A stretch of DNA of 64,000 nucleotides from Lacipirellulaceae bacterium (lineage in GTDB: Bacteria; Planctomycetota; Planctomycetia; Pirellulales; Lacipirellulaceae), in contig CBDEWC010000039.1 of NCBI GenBank assembly GCA_965243695.1, positions 424,019-488,018 on the forward strand, in the 5' to 3' direction. Under the pieces are notes generated by a model that saw only the letters and a list, made by a program, of their open reading frames with translations, ran no database searches and had not been told where the DNA came from. How positions within the stretch are numbered: the first letter of the stretch is position 1; every line of letters begins with the position of its first letter. This document shows, piece by piece, positions 28,931 through 38,700 of this stretch. The position numbers and the translations under genes are program-made.

Positions 28931-30373
28931 ATGAATGGCCAATGTACAGGATACGATTCGGCAAATGGCATGAGTCGCCGCCAGATGCTGAGTCGTTTTG
29001 GGTTGGGGCTGGGGGCGGTCGCTTTGGCGGAGCTCGAATCGCCTCTCGGTGCTGCTGGGACCGGCCCGGCGCTACGAGCGCTGCACCTGGCTCCCAAGGC
29101 CAAACGGGTGATCTATCTCTTCCAGAGTGGCGCTCCTTCACAAATTGATCTTTTTGACCACAAGCCATTGCTCAACGAACTGCATGGGACAGAACTTCCC
29201 GAAGAAGTCCGGCGAGGCCAACGTTTAACCAGCATGTCGGGAAACCAGGCGAGTCTTCCGCTGGTAGGTTCGCCCTACAAGTTTGGCCAACATGGAGAGA
29301 GTGGCACCTGGTTCAGTGAATTGCTGCCGCATACGGCGGCAGTCGCCGACCAACTCTGCATGATTTCCTCGATGTATACAGAGGCCATCAACCATGGACC
29401 TGCGGTCACGTTTTTTCAGACCGGTTCGCAATTTCCCGGCCGACCAAGTATGGGAGCATGGCTCAATTATGGCTTGGGGGCTTCCAACGCAAATTTGCCT
29501 TCGTTTGTGGTATTGATTTCCAAGAACGAATACGGACAGCCGCTCACTTCTCGTATGTGGGGAAGCGGGTTTCTCCCTTCCAAACATCAAGGGGTTCGAT
29601 TTCGCTCAGGCGAGGATCCGGTTCTCTATCTCAGTAACCCATCAGGCATCGATGCCAACAGTCGCCGCACGATGCTTCATCGACTGCGGGAATTGCACGA
29701 ACTGCAGCTTGAGCGAACCGGTGATGCGGAAATTGAAACGCGCATCGGCCAGTATGAACTGGCCTACAAGATGCAAATGTCGATCCCCGACGTTACCAAT
29801 ATGGCAAATGAGCCAGAGCATATTTTCAAGCTCTACGGCGAAGATTCGCGCGAGCCAGGCACCTATGCGGCAAACTGCCTGCTCGCGCGGCGACTGGCAG
29901 AGCAGGATGTCCGCTTTATTCAGCTCTACCATCGAGGCTGGGATCACCATGTTAACCTGCCTGGAACTTTGCCTGGTAAATGTCAGGAAACCGACCAGGC
30001 GTCAGCTGCCCTGATCACCGATCTTCACCAGCGAGGCTTGCTCGAAGAGACCCTGGTCGTTTGGGGCGGCGAGTTTGGCCGTACGAATTACTGCCAGGGG
30101 AAATTGGCGGCAAGTGAATTTGGTCGGGATCATCACCCCCGCTGTTTTTCAATCTGGGCAGCTGGCGGAGGTATCAAGCCGGGGATTACCTACGGAAAAA
30201 CCGATCCTTTCAGTTACAACGTCACACAGGACGGGGTTCACATCCATGATTTCCAGGCAACCCTCCTGCACCTTTTGGGGATTGACCACGAACAGCTGAC
30301 CTACAAACACCAGGGACGCCGTTACCGACTGACAGATGTTCATGGTAATGTGGTGCCGGCAATCGTGGCGTGA
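28931..30373 (+). CDS. DUF1501 domain protein, TAT signal
   Basis: ORF 28868..30373. The ATG 28931 product MNGQCTGYDSANGMSRRQMLSRFGLGLGAVALA matches the N-terminal pattern of the other three DUF1501 paralogues. VVWGGEFGRTN...GRDHHPRCFSIWAAGGGIKPGITYGKTD. Confidence 0.85.
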   Translation: MNGQCTGYDSANGMSRRQMLSRFGLGLGAVALAELESPLGAAGTGPALRALHLAPKAKRVIYLFQSGAPSQIDLFDHKPLLNELHGTELPEEVRRGQRLTSMSGNQASLPLVGSPYKFGQHGESGTWFSELLPHTAAVADQLCMISSMYTEAINHGPAVTFFQTGSQFPGRPSMGAWLNYGLGASNANLPSFVVLISKNEYGQPLTSRMWGSGFLPSKHQGVRFRSGEDPVLYLSNPSGIDANSRRTMLHRLRELHELQLERTGDAEIETRIGQYELAYKMQMSIPDVTNMANEPEHIFKLYGEDSREPGTYAANCLLARRLAEQDVRFIQLYHRGWDHHVNLPGTLPGKCQETDQASAALITDLHQRGLLEETLVVWGGEFGRTNYCQGKLAASEFGRDHHPRCFSIWAAGGGIKPGITYGKTDPFSYNVTQDGVHIHDFQATLLHLLGIDHEQLTYKHQGRRYRLTDVHGNVVPAIVA

Positions 30374-30402
30374 ACCGGTAGGAAACCACAAGGAATTGTT
30401 GC

Positions 30403-31500
30403 ATGAGTCTGTTTCCTGAAACTTGTGCTATGTCGATTTGGATTGCGGCAGTCTTGTTTTTAAGTGCGTTGGTCCCTTGCGCATTTTCCGACAACCCGTG
30501 GGTTGTTTATGAAGGAGGTTCAGGGCCAGGAAGTGGCAAACACGTGGTGCTCATCTCGGGGGACGAAGAATATCGCTCCGAGGAAGCACTGCCGCAACTC
30601 GCCAAGATCCTGGCAGCCCATCACGGTTTTACCTGTACGGTTTTATTTGCGATCGATCCCGACAGCGGCATCATCAATCCAGTGAACCAGAACAATATTC
30701 CAGGGTTAGAACTACTTGAGACGGCAGATTTGGCGATTATTTTCACACGCTTCCGTGGGTTACCTAATGACCAGATGCAACAGTTCGACGACTATCTAAA
30801 GAGTGGTCGGCCGGTGCTTGGACTGCGGACGGCGACCCATGCCTTTATGTTTGGAGAGGAAAATCCCTGGGCCCACTATGGCAATGGCTATGCTGGGGAA
30901 CAACAGGCCTGGAAAGATGGATTCGGCCGGCTTGTGTTGGGTGAAAAATGGATTAGCCATCACGGTGCACACAAGCATGAAAGTACGCGCGGAGTTGTGG
31001 CGGCGGGGGGCGCCGGGCATCCCATCACGCGTGGGATTCGCGCCGGCGATATTTGGGGCCCAACGGATGTGTATGGCGTGCGGTTGCCACTGCCAGGAGA
31101 TAGCCAACCGATCATTTCCGGAGAGGTGATGACTCGCAAAGGTGACTTCGACGCCAACGATCCGTTTTATGGGATGTGTCCTGACGACGGCCCTCCGGTC
31201 GAGGGAGAGAAGAACGATCCCTTGATGCCGATTGTGTGGACCAAAACTTACCAGCTGCCAGATGGCCAGACGGGCCGTGCCTTGACATCAACCATCGGAG
31301 CTGCGGTCGACCTGGTCGCTGAAGGAACGCGGCGGGTGTTGGTTAACGGGGTTTACTGGTGCCTGGGGATGGAAGAACAAATCCCCGATCAAGGGACTGA
31401 GGTTGCATTGGTAGGAACGTACGAACCCACCAAGTATGGGTCTCACTCTGACGAGTACTGGAAGCAGCGCCAGATGAAGCCTGCAGAACACCAGCGTTAA
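30403..31500 (+). CDS. ThuA-like (class I glutamine-amidotransferase-like fold) secreted protein
   Basis: 365-aa ORF with a signal-like N-terminus. KHVVLISGDEEYRSEEALPQLAKIL...ADLAIIFTRFRGLP...GRPVLGLRTATHAF resembles planctomycete ThuA-domain proteins. Assignment is from memory of the family only. Confidence 0.45.
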   Translation: MSLFPETCAMSIWIAAVLFLSALVPCAFSDNPWVVYEGGSGPGSGKHVVLISGDEEYRSEEALPQLAKILAAHHGFTCTVLFAIDPDSGIINPVNQNNIPGLELLETADLAIIFTRFRGLPNDQMQQFDDYLKSGRPVLGLRTATHAFMFGEENPWAHYGNGYAGEQQAWKDGFGRLVLGEKWISHHGAHKHESTRGVVAAGGAGHPITRGIRAGDIWGPTDVYGVRLPLPGDSQPIISGEVMTRKGDFDANDPFYGMCPDDGPPVEGEKNDPLMPIVWTKTYQLPDGQTGRALTSTIGAAVDLVAEGTRRVLVNGVYWCLGMEEQIPDQGTEVALVGTYEPTKYGSHSDEYWKQRQMKPAEHQR

Positions 31501-31589
31501 GTTCTGCTTGGATTCAGCGTGCGTCAGTTCGGACGGTTTTCTGCCTGGCAACCCAGGATGACCCGGCCCGTACCCTACAACCATTTTTT

Positions 31590-31628
31590 ACTGGCATTCT
31601 TCACTGGCATTCTTCACTGGCATCCTTT
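31590..31628. repeat. 13-bp tandem repeat ACTGGCATTCTTC x3 (third copy 11/13)
   Basis: Read directly in the convergent spacer between 31500 and 31667. Confidence 0.85.
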
Positions 31629-31666
31629 GCCGGTGCCGCTTGAGTTAGCCAGGGCATGCGGGTACT

Positions 31667-33718
31667 TCAGTAGCGACGGCGAGGCAGGCCGATGCCGAGT
31701 GTCACAAAACCGGCGAGCATCATCAAGCAGGTTGACGGTTCGGGAACGCCAAAATGCTCAATGGCGTAATCATAGGCCGAAGCTCCAAGTACCGAGCCCA
31801 TGACCCGTCCCCGAAAGTCGTCCGGCGCAACATGAATGCCGCCCCAGAGTCGCGAAATTCCAGCTTCGTCGGCGGCATCGTAGTACGATACCCACTGCAG
31901 CGTGACCGCTTCGCTGGGACCGATTTCGAAGTCAAGAAATTCGGGAGTGAATGTCATTTCGCCTAACCCTTCCGGAAAGTACTGGCTCCCGGTGAACTGG
32001 GTCATGACCTCTGCAGCAGCCCGGCTAAAGGTGCTGTGGCCAGAAACATAGGAGGCAAAGGCGGGCGTGACAAAGTTGTTTTGCTGGTAGGGGACCCAGT
32101 GCTCCGCCAGGATCCAGTCGGTGCCACTCAACTCTGTTTCTGGATCGTCAGGTTCGCGGTTCCAGGCGAGTACGGCAACCTTGTCAACCAGCTCCTCCTC
32201 GGTGAAAAACGGGAAAAATTCACCCCTGTGATCACGGTTGGCCTTCACGTACGCGTTGCGGTGCTTGCCACCTTCGGCGACCGATTCGGCGGTAATCAAC
32301 TCGACTAGTTCCGCTTCAAGCGGCAGTCCGTCCGCGTGGTATGACGACAGCTGAGCATCCGAAGATTGTCCCAAACTCCCCTGGTAGCGGATCATGGTAA
32401 TAGGCCGTACGTAGTCATAGACGCGTTTGCTCCCCCATGCGGCGATCGCCGCATCGTGAACCGCTCCATTGAGGGCGAAGTAGAGCTTTGTGTCCCACTC
32501 CAGGTTGTCAACGACGGGCCCGGTGCCGCCAATCCGCTTTTCCAGCAGGGGGTGCTCAGAGACCTCGTTGGCAATCACGTTCCAGTGTCCTGGGGGCGTT
32601 TCCGATTCAGGGCCATCCGCCCAAAACTCCGCCAGTATGCGGCCGTAATCGCCAACCTTCACCAAATTGTTGGCATACGGTTGTCCTGTGACGGGATTGA
32701 CGGAGTATCCCTGGTTGGTATGGGTTCCCAGGGGCCGATTTCCTGCCGTGTTGGGTGAAATGTTGATCGATTCGAGACCGGGCCCCTTGTTGGGGTCGAG
32801 GGAGTTGCTCAAACGCAGGACCTGCAGTGTGTTTTCGGTGTACGCAGCCGATCCCAATTGGGGAGCTGGTCCCGGGTCAATCCCCGACCAACTGTAAGGT
32901 CCCGGTTCCCCGTTTCGTCCCATCGCAAACGGGGTGACGTTCCCCCAGTGGGGCCCAACATATTCTTGCAGGTTTGAGCCGAGGACAATTCCGTTCTGTG
33001 CTGTGAATGACGTGATAAAGAGTGGCTGCCAGTGATTGGGATCCGCCAGTGGTGTATTGAAGGTGTCGGTTACCGACGCAAAATCAACCGTCATGGGCGG
33101 GTTGACGGAGTGATAACCGGTGTTGTCCTTGTAGGCACCGGCTGGGTCTCCTTCGTTGGATCCGTCGTTAGCCGTGACGTCGATGATCGTTTGAGCGATC
33201 CGATTACCAATGGCAGCTGGCGAATTGCCCACCGTCGTGATGATCGTTTTGTCGTAGTTGAGGCTATTCATCAGGTCGTCAAACGTCTGTTGGGATGTGA
33301 CCGGATCGGTTGCCAGGCTATAGCGGTGGGAAAGAACCCGGTAGGCTGCGTAGCTCATTGCTTCGTTGCGGGCTGCCGGGATGTCTACTGCCGAGTGCTT
33401 GGTTGTGTAGAAATGGCCTTGCGCGGTTGAATCAAACGTCGCCCACGTGTCGTACAGTGCTGCTGACGTGTGGTACAAGTTGCGTGAATGTACGGTGGGG
33501 GCGGGGAAGTCAATACGAATGGAGTCCAGCAGCGCCTGGTTCCATTGTCGGGAAACGGAGTGTTGGCCAAAAGTGGGAGACGTAACCACCAACACCAGAC
33601 AGATTCCCACCACCAAGAGCGTCAAGCAAGGGTTGCTCCTCAAGCAGGTTTGTGGGCGGTCAAGCCGGTACAAATCGGTCATTTGTCTTCTGGGAAGAGT
33701 AAAGGATTGCCAACGCAT
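31667..33718 (-). CDS. PAP2 / vanadium-haloperoxidase-superfamily protein with C-terminal PEP-CTERM sorting signal
   Basis: ORF 31667..33859; likely start is ATG 33718 or 33682, before a hydrophobic segment. Complete PAP2 motif set: KRVYDYVRP (Kx6RP), YVSGHSTF (SGH), SRLWGGIHVAPDD (SRx5Hx3D). C-terminus VPEPSTCLMMLAGFVTLGIGLPRRRY is a PEP motif, a TM helix and an Arg cluster. Confidence 0.75.
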   Translation of the reverse strand: MRWQSFTLPRRQMTDLYRLDRPQTCLRSNPCLTLLVVGICLVLVVTSPTFGQHSVSRQWNQALLDSIRIDFPAPTVHSRNLYHTSAALYDTWATFDSTAQGHFYTTKHSAVDIPAARNEAMSYAAYRVLSHRYSLATDPVTSQQTFDDLMNSLNYDKTIITTVGNSPAAIGNRIAQTIIDVTANDGSNEGDPAGAYKDNTGYHSVNPPMTVDFASVTDTFNTPLADPNHWQPLFITSFTAQNGIVLGSNLQEYVGPHWGNVTPFAMGRNGEPGPYSWSGIDPGPAPQLGSAAYTENTLQVLRLSNSLDPNKGPGLESINISPNTAGNRPLGTHTNQGYSVNPVTGQPYANNLVKVGDYGRILAEFWADGPESETPPGHWNVIANEVSEHPLLEKRIGGTGPVVDNLEWDTKLYFALNGAVHDAAIAAWGSKRVYDYVRPITMIRYQGSLGQSSDAQLSSYHADGLPLEAELVELITAESVAEGGKHRNAYVKANRDHRGEFFPFFTEEELVDKVAVLAWNREPDDPETELSGTDWILAEHWVPYQQNNFVTPAFASYVSGHSTFSRAAAEVMTQFTGSQYFPEGLGEMTFTPEFLDFEIGPSEAVTLQWVSYYDAADEAGISRLWGGIHVAPDDFRGRVMGSVLGASAYDYAIEHFGVPEPSTCLMMLAGFVTLGIGLPRRRY

Positions 33719-33934
33719 GTGTGGGACCTTGTACGCTTTGTGGGATGCGTGCGTAGATGTATCAGCGTCGGTGTCGGTCTGCACACGGATTGGTAAAATC
33801 ACGTGCAGTAGACCGTTGGGATTAAGGACCAAAGTCCATGCCGAGACCAAGCCTTGCAATGTGGGGAAACACTTGCAAGTGAACCCGCTTGGTCGAATTC
33901 AATGGAGGTTAATTGGATTAGAACAAAACCAGAA

Positions 33935-33975
33935 GGAGATAAGACAGGAGGAGAATAAGACAGGAGGAGATAAGG
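33935..33975. repeat. Purine-rich 15/16-bp tandem repeat (GGAGATAAGACAGGA / GGAGAATAAGACAGGA / GGAGATAAGG)
   Basis: Read directly in the spacer between the PEP-CTERM gene start and the DUF1501 gene end. Confidence 0.8.
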
Positions 33976-34169
33976 TACTCGGGGGGCTGCCAATCGTGCC
34001 CGCAAATTTCCGCAGCGGGGCGACCTAAGCCTTGCCCTCTCCATTTTCCTTCGGGAGGGGCAATCTGTCAAAAAAACCGTTGGTCAGAGAAAACCTGCCA
34101 GGTGGTTTTTCCAACGATTCGAACGGTTTTAACCTTTGGATCAAAGATTCCTGGTGAAACCCCGGTTTG

Positions 34170-34198
34170 AAAAAAGGACCTGTACAGTTTGGTCCTTT
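34170..34198 (-). terminator. Rho-independent terminator downstream of DUF1501 gene 34221..35630
   Basis: Minus strand reads AAAGGACC-AAACTGTACA-GGTCCTTTTTTC. This is a perfect 8-bp stem, a 10-nt loop and a T-run, starting 23 nt after the stop codon. Confidence 0.7.
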
Positions 34199-34220
34199 GC
34201 GGAACACCGAGTGCCAGCCC

Positions 34221-35630
34221 TCAGGCCAGAATGGGCTCGACAATTTCGCCGTGCACATCGGTGAGTCGCATGTCGCGACCCCCGAATCGGAAGGTCAAAC
34301 GTGTGTGGTCGACACCTAGTAAATGGAGCATCGTGGCGTGGAGATCGTAAATGGTGGTCTCGCCCCCAACCGCCCGGTAACCGAATTCATCGGTCTGTCC
34401 GTAAACGGTTCCACCGGCGATTCCGGCGCCAGCCAGCCAGGCGGTAAAACCGAACGGATTGTGGTCGCGACCGCTACTACCTTGAGCAAACGGGGTCCGG
34501 CCAAATTCTCCGGACCACACTACGAGCGTTTCTTCCAGCAGCCCACGCTGGTCGAGATCCTTGAGCAACCCGGCAATTGGCTGGTCGGTTGCCAAAGCAT
34601 TTTCACGATGATTTTTTTCCAGGTTGCTGTGAGCGTCCCAGCGATCATTTCCCGGTGTTCGCGGACAGGTCAGCTCGATAAAGCGAACCCCGCGCTCGAT
34701 CATCCTGCGGGCGAGCAGGCATTCCCGGCCAAAGATTTGTGTGGGTTCGAAATCGGCGTCCAGTCCGTAAAGGCGATGTGTATGCGGCGATTCGGCGGAA
34801 AGGTCAGCCAGGTCCGGCACGGTGGTTTGCATGCGGAATGCCAGCTCATAGTTACGGATGGTGCTCTCGATGCCATCATCGTGTTCAAACCGCTCGGCCA
34901 CCAATTTGTCAAGGTTCCCAAGGAGTGCGCGCTGCTCTGCAGGTATTGGCGACGGTGCCTTGAGATTTGCGATCGGTAGTTCCTGGGGTTTGAAGATGGT
35001 TCCCTGGTGGAGGGCGGGGAGAAAACCAGCCGAAAAGTTGTCCATGCCACCACTGGGAATTAAGCCGCCATTGATGACGATGAAGGCTGGCAGGTCGGCC
35101 GATGCGCTGCCCAAACCGTAGCTGATCCAGGCTCCCATGCTGGGCAGACCTGCTTGACCAAACCCGGTATGGAGAAAGTAATTCGCCGCATTGTGTTCAG
35201 AGAATTGGCTTACCATGTTCCGCACAACTGCCAGTTTGTCCGTGCAGGTGGCAACGTGCGGAAAAAGTTCGCTGACCCATGTGCCCGACTCTCCATGCCG
35301 GGAGAATTTCCAGGGGCAGGCCATGGTGGTTCCAATATTATTGAACTGAGTTGGTTCGATCCTGGCGGGAAAAGGCTTGCCATGTTCCTGCTTTAGCCGC
35401 GGCTTGGGATCAAAACTATCGATTTGTGAAACACCACCATCCATGTACAGGAAGATAATATTCTTGGCCCGAGGAGCGTGGTGGAATTGTTCCAGGCCAC
35501 GCTGCGGATTCTTGGCCTGGCTGTTTGCGGCCCACAGCGACTCTAGTGCGATGGCACCGATGCCACCGGCAGAGCGCGACAGGAATTCGCGACGTGAACA
35601 GGGGTGTGGCAGGAATCTTCCGCAGTGCAT
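34221..35630 (-). CDS. DUF1501 domain protein, TAT signal
   Basis: 469 aa. MHCGRFLPHPCSRREFLSRSAGGIGAIALE. VVWSGEFGRTPF..GRDHNPFGFTAWLAGAGIAGGTVYGQTDEFG. Lies 71 nt downstream of PSD1 gene 35702..38884. Confidence 0.9.
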   Translation of the reverse strand: MHCGRFLPHPCSRREFLSRSAGGIGAIALESLWAANSQAKNPQRGLEQFHHAPRAKNIIFLYMDGGVSQIDSFDPKPRLKQEHGKPFPARIEPTQFNNIGTTMACPWKFSRHGESGTWVSELFPHVATCTDKLAVVRNMVSQFSEHNAANYFLHTGFGQAGLPSMGAWISYGLGSASADLPAFIVINGGLIPSGGMDNFSAGFLPALHQGTIFKPQELPIANLKAPSPIPAEQRALLGNLDKLVAERFEHDDGIESTIRNYELAFRMQTTVPDLADLSAESPHTHRLYGLDADFEPTQIFGRECLLARRMIERGVRFIELTCPRTPGNDRWDAHSNLEKNHRENALATDQPIAGLLKDLDQRGLLEETLVVWSGEFGRTPFAQGSSGRDHNPFGFTAWLAGAGIAGGTVYGQTDEFGYRAVGGETTIYDLHATMLHLLGVDHTRLTFRFGGRDMRLTDVHGEIVEPILA

Positions 35631-35701
35631 AGGTTCTCGATAGGTGCGACCTTACGGGTCGAGCAAGGTACAAATCGCCAAGCCTCTTGGAGGCTGGTAT
35701 T

Positions 35702-38700
35702 CTAAGGGAGGAACACGAACTCTTTTACATTATACAGTGTCAAACAAATTTCAGTCCACGTTTTGATGCGTTGGTCTTGCGTGGGGTTATTGCCCAGACG
35801 TTGGTTCAAATAGTGTTGAATGGTCTGTCGCTCTGTGTTGTCGGGTGGGCGAGCCAACGCTGTTAAATAGGCGTTTGTCATGGCCGCTTCATCTTGCTCA
35901 TAACGGTTGACCAGCTGTGTGGCCCAGGAGTGGGCCTGCTGGCGAACAAAAGGATCGTTGAGCAAAATCAGTGGTTGGGAAGCGGAGTTGCTTTGAAACC
36001 TCCGCCCAGTGGTTGTAAAAGGGGTGGGTTTGTCAAAAGCGGTGAGCAAATGACTTGGAGCATTTCGTCGGACTTCTACGTAAATACTACGCCGGCAATT
36101 TCCGTCCACAGGACCGCTCCAATCGGGGCTGCGGTTATGCCGCATAAAATTGGTAATGTGGATTTGCACACTCGGACCGTATTGTGCATCGTCCAGATCG
36201 CCAGATACGGCAAGGATTGCATCACGAATATTTTCGGCATTTAACCGGCGGACCGGTGCCGCGTGGAACGATCGATTGGTGGGATCGTGGTGCCGTGATG
36301 TCGCCACAGGTGACGACGACATGCGGTACGTGGCCGAGAGCACAAGCCGACGAATAAGTTGCTGGATATTCCAACCACTTTCCACAAAGTCGGTCGCCAG
36401 GGTATCGAGCAATTCAGGGTGGGAAGGAGCCGTTCCCAGTTCACCAAAATTGTCGGCCGATGTCACCAGGCCTTGTCCAAACAAGTGTTGCCATACGCGA
36501 TTCACAAAGACACGAGCGGTGAGCGGGTTGTGGGGATCCACCAGGTGATCGGCCAATTGCAATCGCCCACTACCAGGAGCACCCTGTGGTTCTCCATCGA
36601 GGACCGAGAGGAATCTGCGTGGTGTGGTTTCACCGGCGAGGTCCTGGTGATTGCCACGGATATGAATGGTTTCGTTTTCGCCATTGCCATCGAGCATGGC
36701 AAGCGCCAAAACCGGTTTGGGAATGCGTGTTTCGATCTCTTGCCGCCTGGCAACATAAAGCCTGGCTTCTTCGTGATAGGCAGCGAGCAGGTCCGGGTCT
36801 TCGGCAGGAAGTAAATCATCGTGTGCCAGCAGCCAGTTGACCCGACTTGCCGCACGGCTGTCTCTCCGCTTCCCGCCGACGGCGGTAAGTGCTGCGCGGA
36901 ACTGGTTTGCCGTTGCTGTTGCCAGTTCGTGAAGGGTCGCTGGTGGTTCCTTGCTTGGTACCGTTTCCCAGTTGGCTTGCAGTTCAAGAGGGCTTGGTGG
37001 CTGCTCGCTGGCGAAGCGAACCTCGCAAAGCTCCAAGTGGTCAGCAGATGAAAATTCAACGTGCACCCGGTGCCCGAGGTAGTCATCGACCTTGTGCGCA
37101 GTCCATGTGTATTCGTCCGGTGATTCAAGCTTTAATTTGAGGTTGGTGTGCAAAGGTCCATGCACCGTTCGGTGGGAATCAACGGCCAGGAAGACGTCGG
37201 CGGTGCCACGGTAGTGATACCAAAGCGTGTCACCAACCACCTCGAAGGTTGGCGTGCGGAACAGTCCTGTCAGATGAGGGCTGATGTGGCTGGAACAAGC
37301 ACCCCGGTGTTGAACGATGTGCTGCAGTGGTTGATCGTGACAGCTGGTGAGTATCCACGTACCAATATCTACAGGTCCGTTGCCAAAACAGGTTTCGGCA
37401 GTCAACCAATCCTCCGGGTTGGCTGCATCCCAACCTTCCGAAAAACAAACGATACGATGTTTTGCGGGATCATACGGATGGCGCTTAGCCACCAGGTTGA
37501 GTTCTCCCTCCTTGTGGGTTGCGATAACCTCCAGGTTGGAGAACCGTTTGTGGGTTTTTCCCTGTTGATCGCGTTGATGCGATTCGATTTGGTACAGTGT
37601 CTGTTTGATTGCCTCGGCTGTTGCTTCGACGATGTTCTCGCCATCTCCATTCAAAGCTACGGTGGCAAACGTATGTAATGGATGTTGTGGATCATCTTTT
37701 GCCTGGACCAACTCTTTGGCCAGGCTAGAGTCAGGTTCTGGTGACTCTGTCGTTTCGCTGCCCGATTCCTTTTTTTGCAAGTCGTGCCGTGCCTGGTTGG
37801 CGGCGGCCAACAGTTGATCAGGTAACCCAGCGAGCCGTGGCTGGAGGCATCGCTCGTAGCTTGCAAAAATCAAGGGTCCCATCTCTTCATTCAAAGTGAC
37901 CAACTCATCGCGGGCCCGACCAATCTCGTTGGGATCGGCAATGTTGGCCAGGTGGTACCCACTACTTTGCAGAAATCCGCAAAGTGCGTAGTAGTCCGCC
38001 GTGGTGATGGCGTCGAATTTGTGATCGTGGCATCGCGCACACGCAATCGTCAAGCCGAGAAAAGTTTTTCCGAAGACATCGATTTGGTTGGCAACGCGAT
38101 CCGCCTCTTCTCCACGAATATCAACGGGACTGTGGGTTGCCTCGCCGAGATGCCAGAAGCCAGTGCCTTGAATGGATTGGTTGGTTTTCGTCGTGGGGTC
38201 GATACGTGGCTCCGGTAGCAGGTCGCCGGCGATGTGCTCCCGTACGAACTGGTCGTAAGGCACGTTGGCTCTGAATGCGCGAATGACATAATCACGGTAG
38301 CGCCAGGCATAAGGAATTTCATAGTCCCCCTCATGGCCTTTCGTTTCAGCAAAGCGGACCAAGTCGAGCCAATGTTGGGCCCAGCATTCACCAAAGGCAG
38401 GACTTTCCAACAGTCGCGATACGACTTTTGCCCGACCGGCAGGAGAGTGGTCTTCCAGGAAGTTTTCAATTGCCTCCGGTTTGGGAGGAAGTCCCGTGAG
38501 GTGGAACGTTACCCGGCGCAGCCACGTCCGCGGATCGGCTTCTTCAGCAGGTGCTAAACCTTCGGACTCCAGGTGGGCAAGAATGAACGCGTCGACTGGA
38601 TCCTGGACCCATTCTGGTCGATCGACGGTTGGCACTTCGGATCGTTCAATGGGTTGCCAGCTCCAGTGTTCCGTTGACGAACTCTCGTGGGGCGTTTTGC

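Noticed and set aside
34741-34765. GGGTTCGAAATC resembling a tRNA T-arm.
   Set aside because: The flanking bases do not form a T-stem or acceptor stem, and it lies inside the well-supported DUF1501 CDS. I found no tRNA-like cloverleaf anywhere in the window by eye.
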